From contig OX597820.1 in assembly GCA_951406725.2 (NCBI GenBank), positions 36,394,001 through 36,458,000 on the forward strand: a stretch of DNA of 64,000 nt, written 5' to 3'. The DNA comes from Octopus vulgaris. Taxonomy: Eukaryota. Position 1 is the first letter of the stretch. Each line of letters opens with the position of its first letter. The notes under the pieces were generated by a model. The model had not been told where the DNA came from and did not search any database. It worked only from the letters and a program-made list of their open reading frames with translations. The position numbers and the translations under genes were made by a program. Shown in pieces: positions 14,098 through 27,062 of the stretch.

Positions 14098-15103
14098 GAG
14101 TTGAGATTTTTTTTTTTCAGAGCTACATGGTTGTAAGTTTAGTCCCACTGTGTGGACATTGTTGGTTGGTGTCCTCTACTATGGGTTGACCAGTGCTTTA
14201 TGACTGAAATCGGTAAGCAGAAGCTGAAAGAAACCTGATATGTATGTATTCTCAGTTGGGGAATATTATGCTTGGAAACAGGTGAAGGTTGGCATCAAGA
14301 AAGGTATATGTGATTGTAGAAAATTTTGCCTCAATGAAGTCTTATCTGGCCCATGCAAGCATGGAAAAATAGACATTAAAACAATTTTATACATAAAATT
14401 GAGTGGACAAACAAAAGAAAGTTGCACTCAACACATTTGGTACAAGTTACATATACTTAATAAGTTTGATTTAGTTCCTTGCAACTTAGTTTCGTAGGCT
14501 CATCAAACAAACCTATGCCTGTTTTTCATGCTAGCAGGACTCAAATGAATTGTCTAATCCAAGTCATTTCTTATTTGGAATCACTGCCCTCCTATATAAT
14601 GAAGAGTCACACTTCACTCATACTTTCCATCTAGGCATGATTTCTATGGTTAGGTTTCCTTCTTAACATCAGCTACTGTCAAGTAATTGGTTCAACAAAA
14701 AGGAGCACTCGCTACCCTATGATGTCTCCGTTCATTTACTAACCAGTTTACAGAATTTACACTGAGTGTATTTTGTGACACCAACACAAAAAATTACATT
14801 ATCCTTATAATAGAAACAAGTCACCTGTACATTTCCTTCATTCTTTTCAAGGAAGTTCTAGTGCATATTGTGAATAGAAGAGTGGAAGAATAGTGTGTGT
14901 GTTTGATAAGATGTTAGTGGAGGAAGTAATGGGAGAGAAACAATGATAGCTGTATGTTGGTTAGTGGTAAGGAGATTAAATTGACAATCGGCATGAACAG
15001 CTAGCAATAAAGAATGGTGGCAAGCACTAGTTGGGTGGTAGATTTCGAAGAAGAGGATAAAATTTCTGTTTAGTGGCAGAGAAGTGGGTGCTCAATATGC
15101 GCT

Positions 15104-15668
15104 GATAATAATAATAATAATAATAATAATTGTGTACAGTGCTCAGGTGCACTACAACTCATCTAAAGTGTATATATAATCAGGTGTAGTTTGGACGGAT
15201 TTCGGGAAGCATGAGGGCCTTAAAGGATGCAGTGTCATGGCAGTCAACAACTGATGCAGGCAGTTTATTCCACGCTTCAACAACCCTGAGCGTGAAAAAA
15301 TGTTTCCGAAAGTCATGGGAGCTGTGCTGTTTTCTGACTTTGTAGGCATGTCCACGTGTGGTAGACACATGGAGATTAAAAAGGTGTTCAGTGTTGTTGT
15401 TGGTGAGGTGGTTGATAACCTTGTGGGTGTTTACCAAGTCCGTCGCTAGACGCCGGAGCTTCAGTGAATCCATGCCCAGGGAAACGAGGCGCTCAGAATA
15501 TGGTAGGTGTCTGATGGAGGGTATGCGTTTGGTTGCACGTCTCTGGACAGATTCCAGGAGGTCAATGTTCTGAGCAAGATAGGGATTCCAAACTGATGAT
15601 GCGAATTCCAAGTGTGGTCGTACCATAGCTATATACAGTTTTAAATAGATGGCTGGAGAGCGGCTATC
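15104..15668 (-). mobile_element. 5'-truncated CR1/L2-group LINE with (ATT)n tail
   Basis: 148-aa intact C-terminal ORF VRPHLEFASSVWNPY...LESVQRRATK...YSERL...FFTLRVVEAWNKLP; tail at ~15104-15130. Confidence 0.9.
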
Positions 15669-16780
15669 AATTGCTTGCTATCACTCATTACTTAAGCATC
15701 ATGAGAGAAATAGCACTGGAGGGTTGATGGTGGATGGATTGAACATAGATATATCACTGCCATTCCTCACTACACAATTGGTATGGTACAGTGAGTAGGA
15801 TACAGGAATAACAAAGGGCAGTAATAGGAGTTTTAACTGGAATAGGGTTGGTAAGACAGTCTAGATAGACTCTCAACCTCCATGACGACCACCATTATCA
15901 TTTTAATGATTACTTTGTTACACTTGCTTTTGTAGGCAGGTCTTCTCCAATAGCCCTGTATCTTCTCTATAAAGCAAGGCACCTCTAATTGTCTCTTTCC
16001 AATCTCCCAAATGCTCCACCACTACTTAGTCAAGAGGACCTTTCTCTTTTGACCTGTTTCCTTTTTTCCTGTCCTTTTCACTCTTACAACTTACTTTGCA
16101 ACTCCACTAGTTCTGGTGGCACAGAAAAGGGACCTAGTATAACCTAGTGGTTGGTGTCAGCTAGAACATCCAGTTGTAGGGACCATATGTAAGCTGATAT
16201 GGAGCACAGGATCCTGTCAAACTGTCTAAGCCATGCCCACATGGAAAATGGACATTAAATGACAATGATGATGATAACTATAGAATCAAGTTAAATCAAA
16301 AGTCCTAAATTTACTAATGACTTGTTTTTGGAACAAGATTGCTTGTACCAGAAAAATTTAGAAATGATTTATTTTCAGAACAGAAAACAACCAAACTAGT
16401 TTCTCTGAAATGGGAACTTTTAACAATTTATATTTAGTTGTTGTCACCGATGGAAAGCGGATAAAGGCCAAGAAAATATCTTATAGCACAGTCCAATGAA
16501 AAGCTAGTAAAAGAATAAGAGAAACTTACTGTATAGAAATTCTCCAAATCCAGCTTACCTTCAATTATAGTAGCACTAAAAACCAAATTTATAGCATTCA
16601 GAAAATAGCCTTTACAGATACCTTTTTTTATGTGTTACATTTTGTACTAAGTTTGATTTAGGTTATGTAGGCAAATATGGGTCATACCTTAGGGTTATGT
16701 CCTAATGAGTTCTTGTTTAAACTGATCACACCATCTTGGTAATAGTCTGTACTAATTACTTTCCTTCTATTTTCTTTCAG

Positions 16781-16863
16781 GTATTTTCGAAGGAATATAT
16801 CAATTTACTGCTGACAGTCTATTTCTTTGCACTTGGTGTGTTGTCGTTAGCACACATTAATAG
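16781..16863 (+). CDS. HM13: HM13/SPP exon 3
   Basis: tttctttcag| VFSKEYINLLLTVYFFALGVLSLAHIN(S) |gtttgc; 83 nt, phase 0-2. Confidence 0.93.
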
Positions 16864-17454
16864 GTTTGCATTAGTTTTTTATCCTTGTTTGACATTTTAA
16901 AAAATTGTCGCGTCTTCCTTTCTTTGTCTTACTCTATCTTGTAACTTTTGACTGGGTTTTTTTTTCTGTCTACTTATTTGCTTTATGTAAGGATGAATTA
17001 TAACTGACAGTTCTACCATTTTAATAACACACCTCAGATTGCCTCTGGTTCTTTGATAAAATATATTACTTTCTATTAAAACAGAAGTATCCCCACATTA
17101 TGAAAATGTTGTTCTTAAAAGTTTTAATGTAACACAGTTCTACAATGCAAAACTTTATCCAATTGACTGCCATATAATCTGGAAGACAATGGAAAATAGA
17201 TAGCAAAATATGCCAAAATTTTTCAGGCACACATTTTTGTAACAAAAAATTCCTGCATTCATAATTAAATTGAAGCATTTTATCCTAATTATGTTCTAAA
17301 TGTCAGCTTAATATGGAAATATATGCAAAAGTTAATTATTTTGCTAAATGCATCCAGATTCTTACTTTGCTTTCAAAATCAATAGAAACACATTTTAAAT
17401 ATTAACATAACGGGTTAAATATTTCTTGCTAATATTTGGAATTTTATTATTCAG

Positions 17455-17543
17455 TCCTTGGATCTCAAAGCTGATTCCGGATTCCTTCCCCAACAAAGAA
17501 TACCATCTCCTTTTCACACAGGGTAAAGGAGAGAATAAGGAGG
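17455..17543 (+). CDS. HM13: HM13/SPP exon 4
   Basis: ttcag| PWISKLIPDSFPNKEYHLLFTQGKGENKE(E) |gtaagt; 89 nt, phase 2-1. Confidence 0.93.
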
Positions 17544-18179
17544 GTAAGTCTCGATACTTTTTCTCACAGCATGTTTTGTGTGTGTGTGTGTGTGTGTGTA
17601 ACTAGAAGATAACCAGTGTCAGCTGTTGGTGCAGTTTTGTGTGAGTGTGTATCAATAGATGACACATCTTTATCTTCAACATTGTAATGTCCACTTTTTC
17701 AGGGGCCGGATGGAATTCATTGAGGCTGATTTTCCACACACAGATGCCCTTCCTGTCACCAATTTCTAATTAAGACAATATCTCCCTGATGGCTTAACAC
17801 TTTCATGGAAGATTAGAATCAAAGCAAGGTGACAGTGATACACACATGTATATATGATGGGCTTCTTTCAGTTTCCATTGACCATATCCACTCAAGATTA
17901 GTCAACCCATCATTATAATAGAAGACACTTGTCCAATATGTCATGCAGTGGGACTGAACTCAGAATTATGTGTTTGAGTAGCAAACTTTGTAACCATATG
18001 AGTTTTTTTTTGTTTTTTTTTTTAAGAATTACTTTATCCAATGGTTATTTTTACAAGATAGTGGAGTGTGATTTGAGGAAGATTTTATTGCTGTTTCTTG
18101 TTGCTATCATTTCTATTATCAACTTCCTCTGTGTAATATGCTGGTATGTACATATTGTTTTGTAACTCTTTTTTTGCAG

Positions 18180-18265
18180 AAGTCATAAACTATGAATTTG
18201 ACAGAAAAGACTTAGTTTGTCTGTTTGTCAGCTGTTTAATTGGCCTGTGGTATGGATTAAAAAAG
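18180..18265 (+). CDS. HM13: HM13/SPP exon 5
   Basis: tttttgcag| VINYEFDRKDLVCLFVSCLIGLWYGLKK |gtaact; 86 nt, phase 1-0. Confidence 0.93.
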
Positions 18266-19198
18266 GTAACTCATTTAGTTAATTACATTGGCAAACCTGT
18301 TAAACTGTGTGTGCATGTATTTTAACCCTTTAGTTACCATATTTCTGTTTAAACACACTGGCTTTGTTTCAATAAATTTTTAGTTAAGAATTTGATATAT
18401 CCTTAATGTTAAGTCCTCAATCAACATTGCCAAAAATATAATCCATTTGCAGTTTGTAGGTTGATGAATAGGGAAGAAAATTCAGTTATGACCTATGTTA
18501 AATTATCTTTGGTTTCTTCTATGTATTGCTTTCCTAATGAAATCTTTTTACGTAACTAGTGAGTAGACTTGATCGACAGAAACTGCTAGAAGCCTGTCAT
18601 ATGTGTGTATTTGTGTCTCTCTGTTTTAATGTCACATGATAGTTGTAAATGAGCATTGCTGTTCTACAGTCGGTGGTATTCGTTTCTTAAATTCTGCAGA
18701 AATATGTCTGGTTATGGGGAAATATTACCTTGGAACGGTATCCAGCAGTAGAAAATCTGCCTCATTGAAATCTTCTAAGCCATGCAAGCATGGAAAAATT
18801 GGACTTTAAAATGACAATGAGAAACCAAGGAGTTAGAGCTTCATCTCAAGTGTAATAATGGTTTCAAATTTTGCCACAAGGGCAGCCATTTGGGGGGAGA
18901 GGATAAGTCAATTACACCGCCCCGCCCCCTCCCCCACCTACCTTCTGTTACTGCCAAAATTTATCAACTCAGAAAGGATGAAAAGCAAAGTCAACCTTGG
19001 AATTCGAACTCAGAACATAGTGACAAATGAAATACCGCTATGCATTTCGTCCAGCATGTTAACAATTCTGTCAGCTCACTGCCTTATTCTTAAGTGTAAT
19101 AATGCAGTTCAGAAAGTGTTATGAATGAATTTAAATCCAAAGCCTTCTTTAAAATTTTTGATTTTGAAACAAATGTCTCATATTTATATTTTTTCTAG

Positions 19199-19324
19199 CA
19201 TTGGGTAGCAAATAATTTATTTGGTTTAGCCTTTGCTGTGAATGGTGTTGAGTTGCTGTCTTTAAACAGAGTTAGCACAGGTTGTATTTTACTGTGTGGA
19301 CTCTTCCTGTATGACATTTTTTGG
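19199..19324 (+). CDS. HM13: HM13/SPP exon 6 (catalytic YD motif)
   Basis: ttttctag| HWVANNLFGLAFAVNGVELLSLNRVSTGCILLCGLFLYDIFW |gtgagt; 126 nt. Confidence 0.97.
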
Positions 19325-19436
19325 GTGAGTATCCTTACTCATTGTTATTGTCTACTAATTAACACTAATTCTAATTTTCTTATTTAACCTAATTTCCTGT
19401 CTATTGATTTTATGCTTGTTTCTCTCACCTTTATAG

Positions 19437-19494
19437 GTATTTGGGACAAATGTTATGGTAACAGTTGCTAAGTCTTTTGAAGCTCCTATAAAAT
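19437..19494 (+). CDS. HM13: HM13/SPP exon 7
   Basis: ttatag| VFGTNVMVTVAKSFEAPIK(L) |gtaagt; 58 nt, phase 0-1. Confidence 0.97.
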
Positions 19495-20315
19495 GTAAGT
19501 ATGACCTGCTTGTTTTCAATGAAAGCACTTTGGTGTTAGAGAAGTTAGTGATAGGAAACTTATAGTAATGAAAGTTATTGTACATATAAGGAATATGTCC
19601 TTAATGTTGATAAGTCTTCAATCAACATTACCAAAAATATAATCCATTTGCAGTCTGTAGGTTGGTGAATAGTGAAGAAAATTCAGTTATGAGCTATGTT
19701 ATATTATCTTTGGTTTCTTCTATGTATTGCTTTCCTAATGAAATCTTTTTAGGTAACTTACCTCACTATATTCTGTTGGGCATCTCTTAGCATAAACTTT
19801 TAGAGGCTGTAGAGTCACTACATACATTATCTATCTTCTCTATCATTGTTTCTTAAGTTAAAGCAATAATTAATGTTAGCCAAGATGAATCTATGTTGAA
19901 GTATTTGAATTGCATACTTGATTCAAAATGGAAACATTTAGAGTCTTGTTTTATATGGTTGAATTTTGTGATACACATCTACGGAAAAACATCATCATTA
20001 TTTCCTGATCACTTGTCATAATGAAATCTCAACTAGTACCTACTCTTAGAATGCAATAGTATCTTTCCAGCTCAGAATTTTAAATCATGGTTGTAAAACA
20101 CATATTGTATTAATAGCATTCTGAAAAACACACTTCTTTCTCTTAGACTGTTTATATATGATTCAATATAAGACTGAATGTGCCAAGTGTTACAAATTTG
20201 CAAAATAAAATGCAAAACTTTATAAAATCAGATGTTCATTAAACTAAATTTCCAAAAATGAATTTTGATGACAAAATATAGAAACATATTTGGTTGCACC
20301 ATCAACAAAAGTTTT

Positions 20316-20364
<49 letters not shown>

Positions 20365-20764
20365 CAAGATACCTGTTTCTTCCTCAGTCTCACTGTTACT
20401 CTAATCTTTCATTATCTGACACAAGATTACCTCCTTTAATGCCCCATCCCCTCTCAAAATTCCTTGTCTTGCAAGCTACATGATGACCCTACTGGTGCTA
20501 CATAAAAAGCATCCAGATCACACTGTGATGTGGTTGGCATTTGGAAGGGCATCCAACTGTAAAAACCATGCCAAAACTGCCCCCCACCTGTGCTGGGGCC
20601 ACATAAAAAGAACACTGTCCACTCTACAGAGTGGTTGGTATTAGGAAGGGCATCCAGCCATAAAAACTATGCCAAAACACACTGTAGCTTAGTGTAGTCG
20701 TCTAGCTGGCCAGCTCCTGTTAAACCGTCAAACCTATGCCAATATGGAAGATGGACATTAAATG

Positions 20765-22088
20765 ATGATGACCCTGCTCTAATAGCTGAGTCTCTATCAG
20801 AACTGAGAAGTTTCAGGTGTGGAAGCCAGGTCTAGAATCGAAGGACCTTAGAGTCAGTCTAGCAAAAACCAACGTCTTAGTGAGTAGGAAGGCAGACAAA
20901 TCACAAATCCCTTCAGGTAGATGGCCCTGCTCAATCTATAGAAGAGGCATATGTAGAAACTCCATAAGATGTACCCAGTATAAGTTATGGACACATAAGA
21001 GGTGCAGCAATATCAAAGGAAGGCTAACTGGGAAGATAGATTTTTTGTGTGGCAAATGCATAGGTGCAATAACACTGAAAATGTGCAGAAAACAGCTTCA
21101 GTCACATGCCAGGGGCAAAACTAGAAGTTGATAGCTTCTGTTACCTAGGTAACCAAATCAGTAGTGGGGGTGGATGCTCTGAGAGCATAGCTGCTAGAAC
21201 AAGAATGGCCTGGGAAAAGTTCAGAGAGCTCCTACCTCTGCTAATAACAAAAGGCCTCTCTCTCGGAATGAAAGCTAGACTGTATGACATGTGTGCGAAC
21301 TGCCATGCTACATGGCAGTGAAACATAGGCTGTGACTGCTGAGGACTTCCATAAGCTTGCAAGAAATGAAGCTAGTATGCTGTGCTGGATGTGTAATGTC
21401 GGTGTGCATACACAACAATGTAAACGTTCTGAGAGAAAAGTTGGACATAAGCATCAGGTATAGTGTGCAAGAGAGATGACTGCGCTGGTATGGTCATGTG
21501 TTGCGTGTGGATGAGGACAGCTGTGCAAAAGTGTGTCACACCCTAACAATGGAGGGAACCTATGGAAAAGGTAGACCCAGGAAGACCTGGGGTTAGGTGG
21601 TGAAGCACGACCTTCGAACATTAGGTTTTACAGGGATAATGACAAGCAACTGAGACCTTTGGAGATATACTGTTCTTGAGAAGACCTAGCAAGCTAATTG
21701 AGACAGTGGCCTATGCCAATGTTGCATAACTGGCCCATTTAATAGTACCCTTCAATCATTGAGCAATATACTGTACATGAGAAAACCTGTTGAGTCAAGT
21801 GAAATCATTGTTGTGGCCGATGCCAGTACCACCTGTGCCAGCGGTGCATAAAAAACACCATTTAAGCTTGGTTTATGCCAGTCCAGTAGTACCAGTAGTA
21901 CGTAAAAAGTACCATACAAACATGGTTGATGCCAGTGGCATGTAAAAAGCACTCACTATACTATCAGAGTGGTTAGTGTTAGAAAGAGCTGTAGAAACCT
22001 TGCTAGATCAGATTGGAGCCTGGTGCAGCCTCGATCAAACCATTCCCACCATGCCAGCATAGAAAGCGGATGTTAAACGATGATGATA
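20765..22088 (+). mobile_element. Degenerate RTE LINE 3' half (RT C-terminus, 3'UTR, (TGA)n tail)
   Basis: DDPALIAES; FCYLGNQISSGGGCSESIAARTRMAWEKFRELLP; LRWYGHVLR; GRPRKTW; ends gttaaacgatgatgat. Confidence 0.9.
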
Positions 22089-22356
22089 TACAGCAGCCTT
22101 AAGATATTGTTGCCCTTCATAAAATGTGAATGTGGAATGAAAATTTATCAAGAAAAAATAGACAACCAGCCTTGTTCTGCTTTTGTCCACTTTTTAGTTT
22201 CATACATAAAAATTTATATTCTATAGACAAATTTTACTTTTGTGATTTGAAAATTTGAAAGCTACTAAATAAAATTGCTGTCAACCAGTGGTTGACTGAA
22301 TTATTGGTTGTTCTTAATTTCAGAGGTTGTGTGCTCTGTAATTTCTTCTTCTCCAG

Positions 22357-22477
22357 TGGTGTTCCCACAAGACTTCTTAGAAAAAGGACTGGCAGCAGAC
22401 AACTTTGCCATGCTAGGACTTGGAGACATAGTTATTCCAGGAATCTTCATTGCCTTACTGCTCAGATTCGATGTCAG
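22357..22477 (+). CDS. HM13: HM13/SPP exon 8 (catalytic GxGD motif)
   Basis: ctccag| VFPQDFLEKGLAADNFAMLGLGDIVIPGIFIALLLRFDV(S) |gtatgt; 121 nt, phase 1-2. Confidence 0.97.
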
Positions 22478-22560
22478 GTATGTTTAAAGATTTTTCTTTT
22501 TTTTTTCTGCTTATGGAAGTAAAATATGGTGATGGCCTCTTTTCATATCAAACCGTTATA

Positions 22561-23318
22561 CGAGGGGGTGCCAAAAAAATAACCGGAAACGCTCTCTGTG
22601 GGACAAACCCGTTGTAGTTCAGACTTCCATCACTAGAAGCCACTTCATGCAACCCTCGGGTATCAGTCTGCCAACCGGCAGTGTCTAGTGATGTCATACT
22701 GCCATGTAGTGCATCTTTGTTTTGCACTGCTCCTCTCCTGCTTGTCAATTTTTGCGATGGATGAAATGAAGGAACTGCATGCTTCTATGAAATACTGTTT
22801 TCTGCCAGGGAAAATGGTGATCAGAACAGTTCTCATACTTCAGATAGCTTACAATGATGTTGCCATGAGCAAAACACAAGTTTACAAGTTATTTTCACAC
22901 TTTAGAATTGGTCCTTGTCATTCAAAGGCCAACCTCGTTCAGGGCAACATCAACCTTCCGAATGAATGAAAACACGAAATTCATGAACTGATCTTGGAGG
23001 ACTGTCACTGAACAATTGACGGACTTGTTGATATGATCAGTGTGTCCTGGAGCGCCTTGCAAATGAAAAGAGTTTTGCGAATGTCATCACTGGTGCTACA
23101 GAAATTGCAGATGTGGAAGAGGTGAAGAAAAAACAACAGAGACATTAAAAGACATCACTTTACAAGAGTTCTAGCACTGCTTCAAACAGTGGAAAACGTA
23201 TCTGGACCGATGCATTGCTTCAAATGGAGAATACTTTGAAGGCGATAAAAGTGTAAATGTAAAACTAAGTGAATAAAACAACATTGCAAAATTCCGGTTT
23301 CTTTTGGGTACCCCCTCG
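22561..23318 (+). mobile_element. Internally deleted mariner transposon
   Basis: TIRs cgagggggtgccaaaa..ccggaa / ttccgg..ttttgggtaccccctcg, flanked by TA/TG; N-terminal KYCFLPGK..AMSKTQVY and C-terminal CIASNGEYFEGDK. Confidence 0.9.
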
Positions 23319-24836
23319 TGTTTACACCAGTCTGCTGTAAAATAACTATTATTACTCTTTACTTGAAAGCCATGGATTGGTAGAATCACTAGAGAATCAA
23401 ACAAAATACCCTGTGGTATTTCTCCCAGCTCTTTTATGTTCTGAGGTTGATAAAATGAAGTATCAGTAAAGCGCTGGAGTTTTTGTACCTGACTAAACTC
23501 ACACTGTTCCAAAATTTCAGGCCTTGTATTTATATGCTTTCTAAAAGACTTATTTTCTATTTTACTGCTTATACATCTTGACCTGATTGTTTTATGAATT
23601 AGGACTGATGGTCTTTCTGGATTTGAACATGTCTGTTCTGCTTTATTCTTCTATTATAAAGATAGAGCTCTATCTTTACTTGAAGAATTTTTATAAGTAA
23701 ATAGTGCTAAGACTGTTGGTCTCATAATTCTTCTAATTTCAGCCTGCCTGAGACTGCTCTTGGTTCTGATACAAACTTCCTGTTTAGAGTGATTGAACTA
23801 TCCATTAAAATTTTGTGTTAATTTACATTTGAAACCCTGGTTAATAACAGCAGAGTTGTATTAGTAAATTCATTATTTTCAAAATTATTGCAACAAAGGT
23901 AATAAACTTTAAACCTGAAACTGTCAATCCCAGATAACTGGATAGGTTGTGGCCAAAATCAGCTCATGATATAATCAATCTTATCATCAACATCTTTTTC
24001 CCATGCTAGCATGGGTTGGACGGTTTGACTGGGGTCTGGGAAGCCAGGAGGCTGCACCAGACTCCAGTCTGATCTGGCAGTGTTTCTACAGCTGGATGCC
24101 CTTCCTAACACCAACCACTCCATGAGTGTAGTAGGTGCTTTTTACGTGCCAGGGGCCAGGGAAGGCTGGCAACGGCCATGATCGGTTGGTACCTTTTATG
24201 TGATTTAAAAAATAATTTTAATCAAACAAGCTAGTTGTAATAATATTTCATCAACTTATACCTTTTTTTAGAAATTTGTTTGAACTGGTGCTTATATAAT
24301 GAAATAACATTAGACCTCGGTATATCATTCAGTTATGTTTTCTGTTCACTGATAACATAGAACCCTGATACTTAATTTATCCTTGGTAAAGATTATTTTT
24401 TCTAAATGGGTTTAAAATATAAATATTGTATTTCAAGAAAAATCACAACCCTCCCTAAGCATTCATCATTCTCTTGTGAACTTACAACACCCTTAAAGGA
24501 GTTACTACTTCCAGGTTAAGAATCACAAGTTCTGAACTTTAACTTGCACCAATATATGAGGCCTTGTAAAAATAAAAGGTTGTAGGTGCAACCCTCCTTG
24601 ACTAAATGTTTAATAAAATATCAGTCATTGGCTTGATTTATTATTGAAGAAATCTACATCCACTTTATGTAAACGGATATCACTTATAGTAAAAAAATTG
24701 TTCCATTCTCTCTATTTGTGATTCTTTACCATTTTGTCTGTCTGTACCAAAGTGAGTAAATGGCATCTTTCCATTCCTTAACTGCCTTGAAAGTTTGTAG
24801 TTGATGGTAGCCTGCAATTTTTTTTTTTTTTTCCAG

Positions 24837-24939
24837 TATGAAGAAAGGATCACGAACCTATTTCTACTCAAGTTTCCTTGCTTACTTCCTTGGTTTAGTG
24901 GCAACTATTTTTGTTATGCACGTTTTCAAACATGCTCAG
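24837..24939 (+). CDS. HM13: HM13/SPP exon 9
   Basis: poly-T ccag| MKKGSRTYFYSSFLAYFLGLVATIFVMHVFKHAQ |gtatgt; 103 nt, phase 2-0. Confidence 0.96.
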
Positions 24940-25525
24940 GTATGTATTGAACTGTTATTCTTTTTATTGTAATGTCAATGGCTTACTTAACATGTATTTG
25001 TGTTGTATTGAAAACCAACAGGTTACAAGACTTCCTTATTGTCTATTGGTTATCAACTAGCTTCTCCAAAATTATTAGTCTAAATAAGAAATAATAATTA
25101 TTATTATTAGTGTTGGATTAGCAAAGTTTTAGACCATTGGGAAAAAATGCTTTGTGGCATTCATTCCAACTCCTTATGTTCTAAGTTCAAATCCTGCAAT
25201 GGTCAACTTTTCCTTTTATCCTAATAGAGTTGATAAAGTACCTGTTAAGAACAGAGGTTGATATTAATTGTACCCCTCCCTTCAATAATTGTTGGCTTTG
25301 TGTCTAAATTAGAAACTATTGTTGCTTTTGATGTACTTATTTGTGGTATCCTACTTATCAAATCCAGAATCTAGCTTTAAACCCATTACATACTGTACTG
25401 TCATTGAGATTTATGTGCACACTTGGTGAATTTATGAACTTGTCTATTTAAGAAGTTATCCATGTTTCTTGTCAACATTTCATTGTTATTTTTTTTTAAA
25501 CTGTGTCAATGTTCTCTCTTTGCAG

Positions 25526-25611
25526 CCTGCATTGCTGTACCTGGTACCAGCCTGTATAGGTGTCCCTATAAGTGTAGCTTTACTTCGTGGAGAAATTAAA
25601 GAATTGTTCAG
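25526..25611 (+). CDS. HM13: HM13/SPP exon 10 (PAL motif)
   Basis: tttgcag| PALLYLVPACIGVPISVALLRGEIKELF(S) |gtaaga; 86 nt, phase 0-2. Confidence 0.96.
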
Positions 25612-25817
25612 GTAAGATTGACCAAGTCAGCTGGTTGTTTTATTCTTCTGTATACACATAGCATGTGTATGTGTGTGATATTGACCAACACAATCATAAG
25701 ATTGTTGTTTCAATTCCCAGACTAGACAGTGCATTGTGTTCTATTTAGGGTCTAGGCAACTCTGGCTGTTTACTTTTTGAATTGCTAGATGTCAGCTCTT
25801 AAAGAAATTTTAACAAT

Positions 25818-26040
25818 TTCTTTAACCATTTATTATATTTCTTTAGAAATATAATGCTTTCTTTTCAATTTACTTCGAAAATAATAAAGAATGTAGTAAA
25901 GCAACTTCATTATTTAGTTGGTGTTTGGAATATAAATTGATATGAAATTTTGATGGAAGAATTTTAGATCAATTTAAAATGGGAAATTTTTATCATAAAA
26001 CCAAGGGCAGCTTCAAGTGGGTTGGTTTCAGAAAAGTTAA
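25818..26040. mobile_element. AT-rich TTAA-ended MITE family (other copies ~37690, ~38620, ~61125, truncated ~18322)
   Basis: Shared core ttttgaaaataat..gaatttagt..tgtttggaacataa..tgaaattttgatggaag recurs through the window. Confidence 0.6.
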
Positions 26041-26273
26041 TCCCTTCTAATAGTGATTTCAATTATAAAGAGAAAAAACGCTTTTAGTTATATAGATTTA
26101 AGGCTTGTAAGAAGGTTGAACATTTGTTGTTTCTTGTACAGGTGTCAAAATGGTTAACTTTGTACTACTGTAAAGTGTAGTGGCCACCAAACTAGATCCT
26201 ACTCCATTGTATTGCTGTATATTTTTGCAGTAATTGTAATAGTAGTGATATAAAGCATTTTGTTTTGTTGCAG

Positions 26274-26364
26274 TTATGAAGACCACAGTGACAAACCAGC
26301 AGTGGACAGCACAACAGCCAGTGGAAGTGGTGGAACTTCAACAGGAGACAAGAAGGCTCAGTAA
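26274..26364 (+). CDS. HM13: HM13/SPP terminal exon 11 with KKxx ER-retrieval signal
   Basis: ttgttgcag| YEDHSDKPAVDSTTASGSGGTSTGDKKAQ TAA; the spliced CDS totals 1149 nt, in frame. Confidence 0.92.
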
Positions 26365-27062
26365 ACCGGACTACCATGACTTTTATCATTATCATCATCA
26401 TCATCACCACCACCAATGTCATTGTAATCACCCCCCTTATCTCCACCCTATTTTCCCTGAATACAGCGGTACTCAACTTCTGTTGCCCCTCATTTACAGT
26501 TGACGAACTGGTTCAGATACTACTATTGCTGCAACTACTACTACAGCTGAATGGTTAACATAACTGTTTATACAACTCAGTACATACTCTCTATGTCTGT
26601 CTCTAGCTGTTGAACCAACCAGTATAGACATCTTCCATTCCACCAGTTCCTCACTTTTTGACTGTTTGGTCACTAAACTCATTTTCAAGTTGTCTGTTAT
26701 TATTCTTCAGTGATTGACCATTCAGTAAAAATGATTTGCTGTCTTTCACTTCTCCTCTCTTTCTCGGCTGACTCCTCTTCCCCTCTTCTGTACAGACATT
26801 CTCTAGCTTGTGATTACTCAGCACAAAATTACACTGTCTTAATGTAGCTGCTGAGTTGTAAACCTGCTGAGTACTCAATCCTCATCAATACTAACCCATC
26901 ATGTTAGCTTGCTTCAGCCTCTCAATTCTTCTTGTTTTGATGTTTTTATTTATCCAGAAGATTATGTGCTTGTCTCTACTCAATACTGCTGCAGCTGGGA
27001 CTGTGATTGGTGACATCAGAGCAGCAGCGGGTGGTGATTAAAATATCAAGCAGACTTCTGCC

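Noticed and set aside
22310-22356. Alternative acceptor tttcag at 22323 for exon 8
   Set aside because: Creates an immediate TAG stop
26221-26279. Upstream alternative acceptor (ttttgcag at 26230) that would remove KKxx
   Set aside because: Possible, but supported only by the AG; the downstream acceptor gives the conserved YED...KKxx ending
26276-26503. His-rich ORF overlapping the last HM13 exon
   Set aside because: Out of frame with the spliced CDS; the His run comes from a (CAT/CAC)n repeat in the 3'UTR
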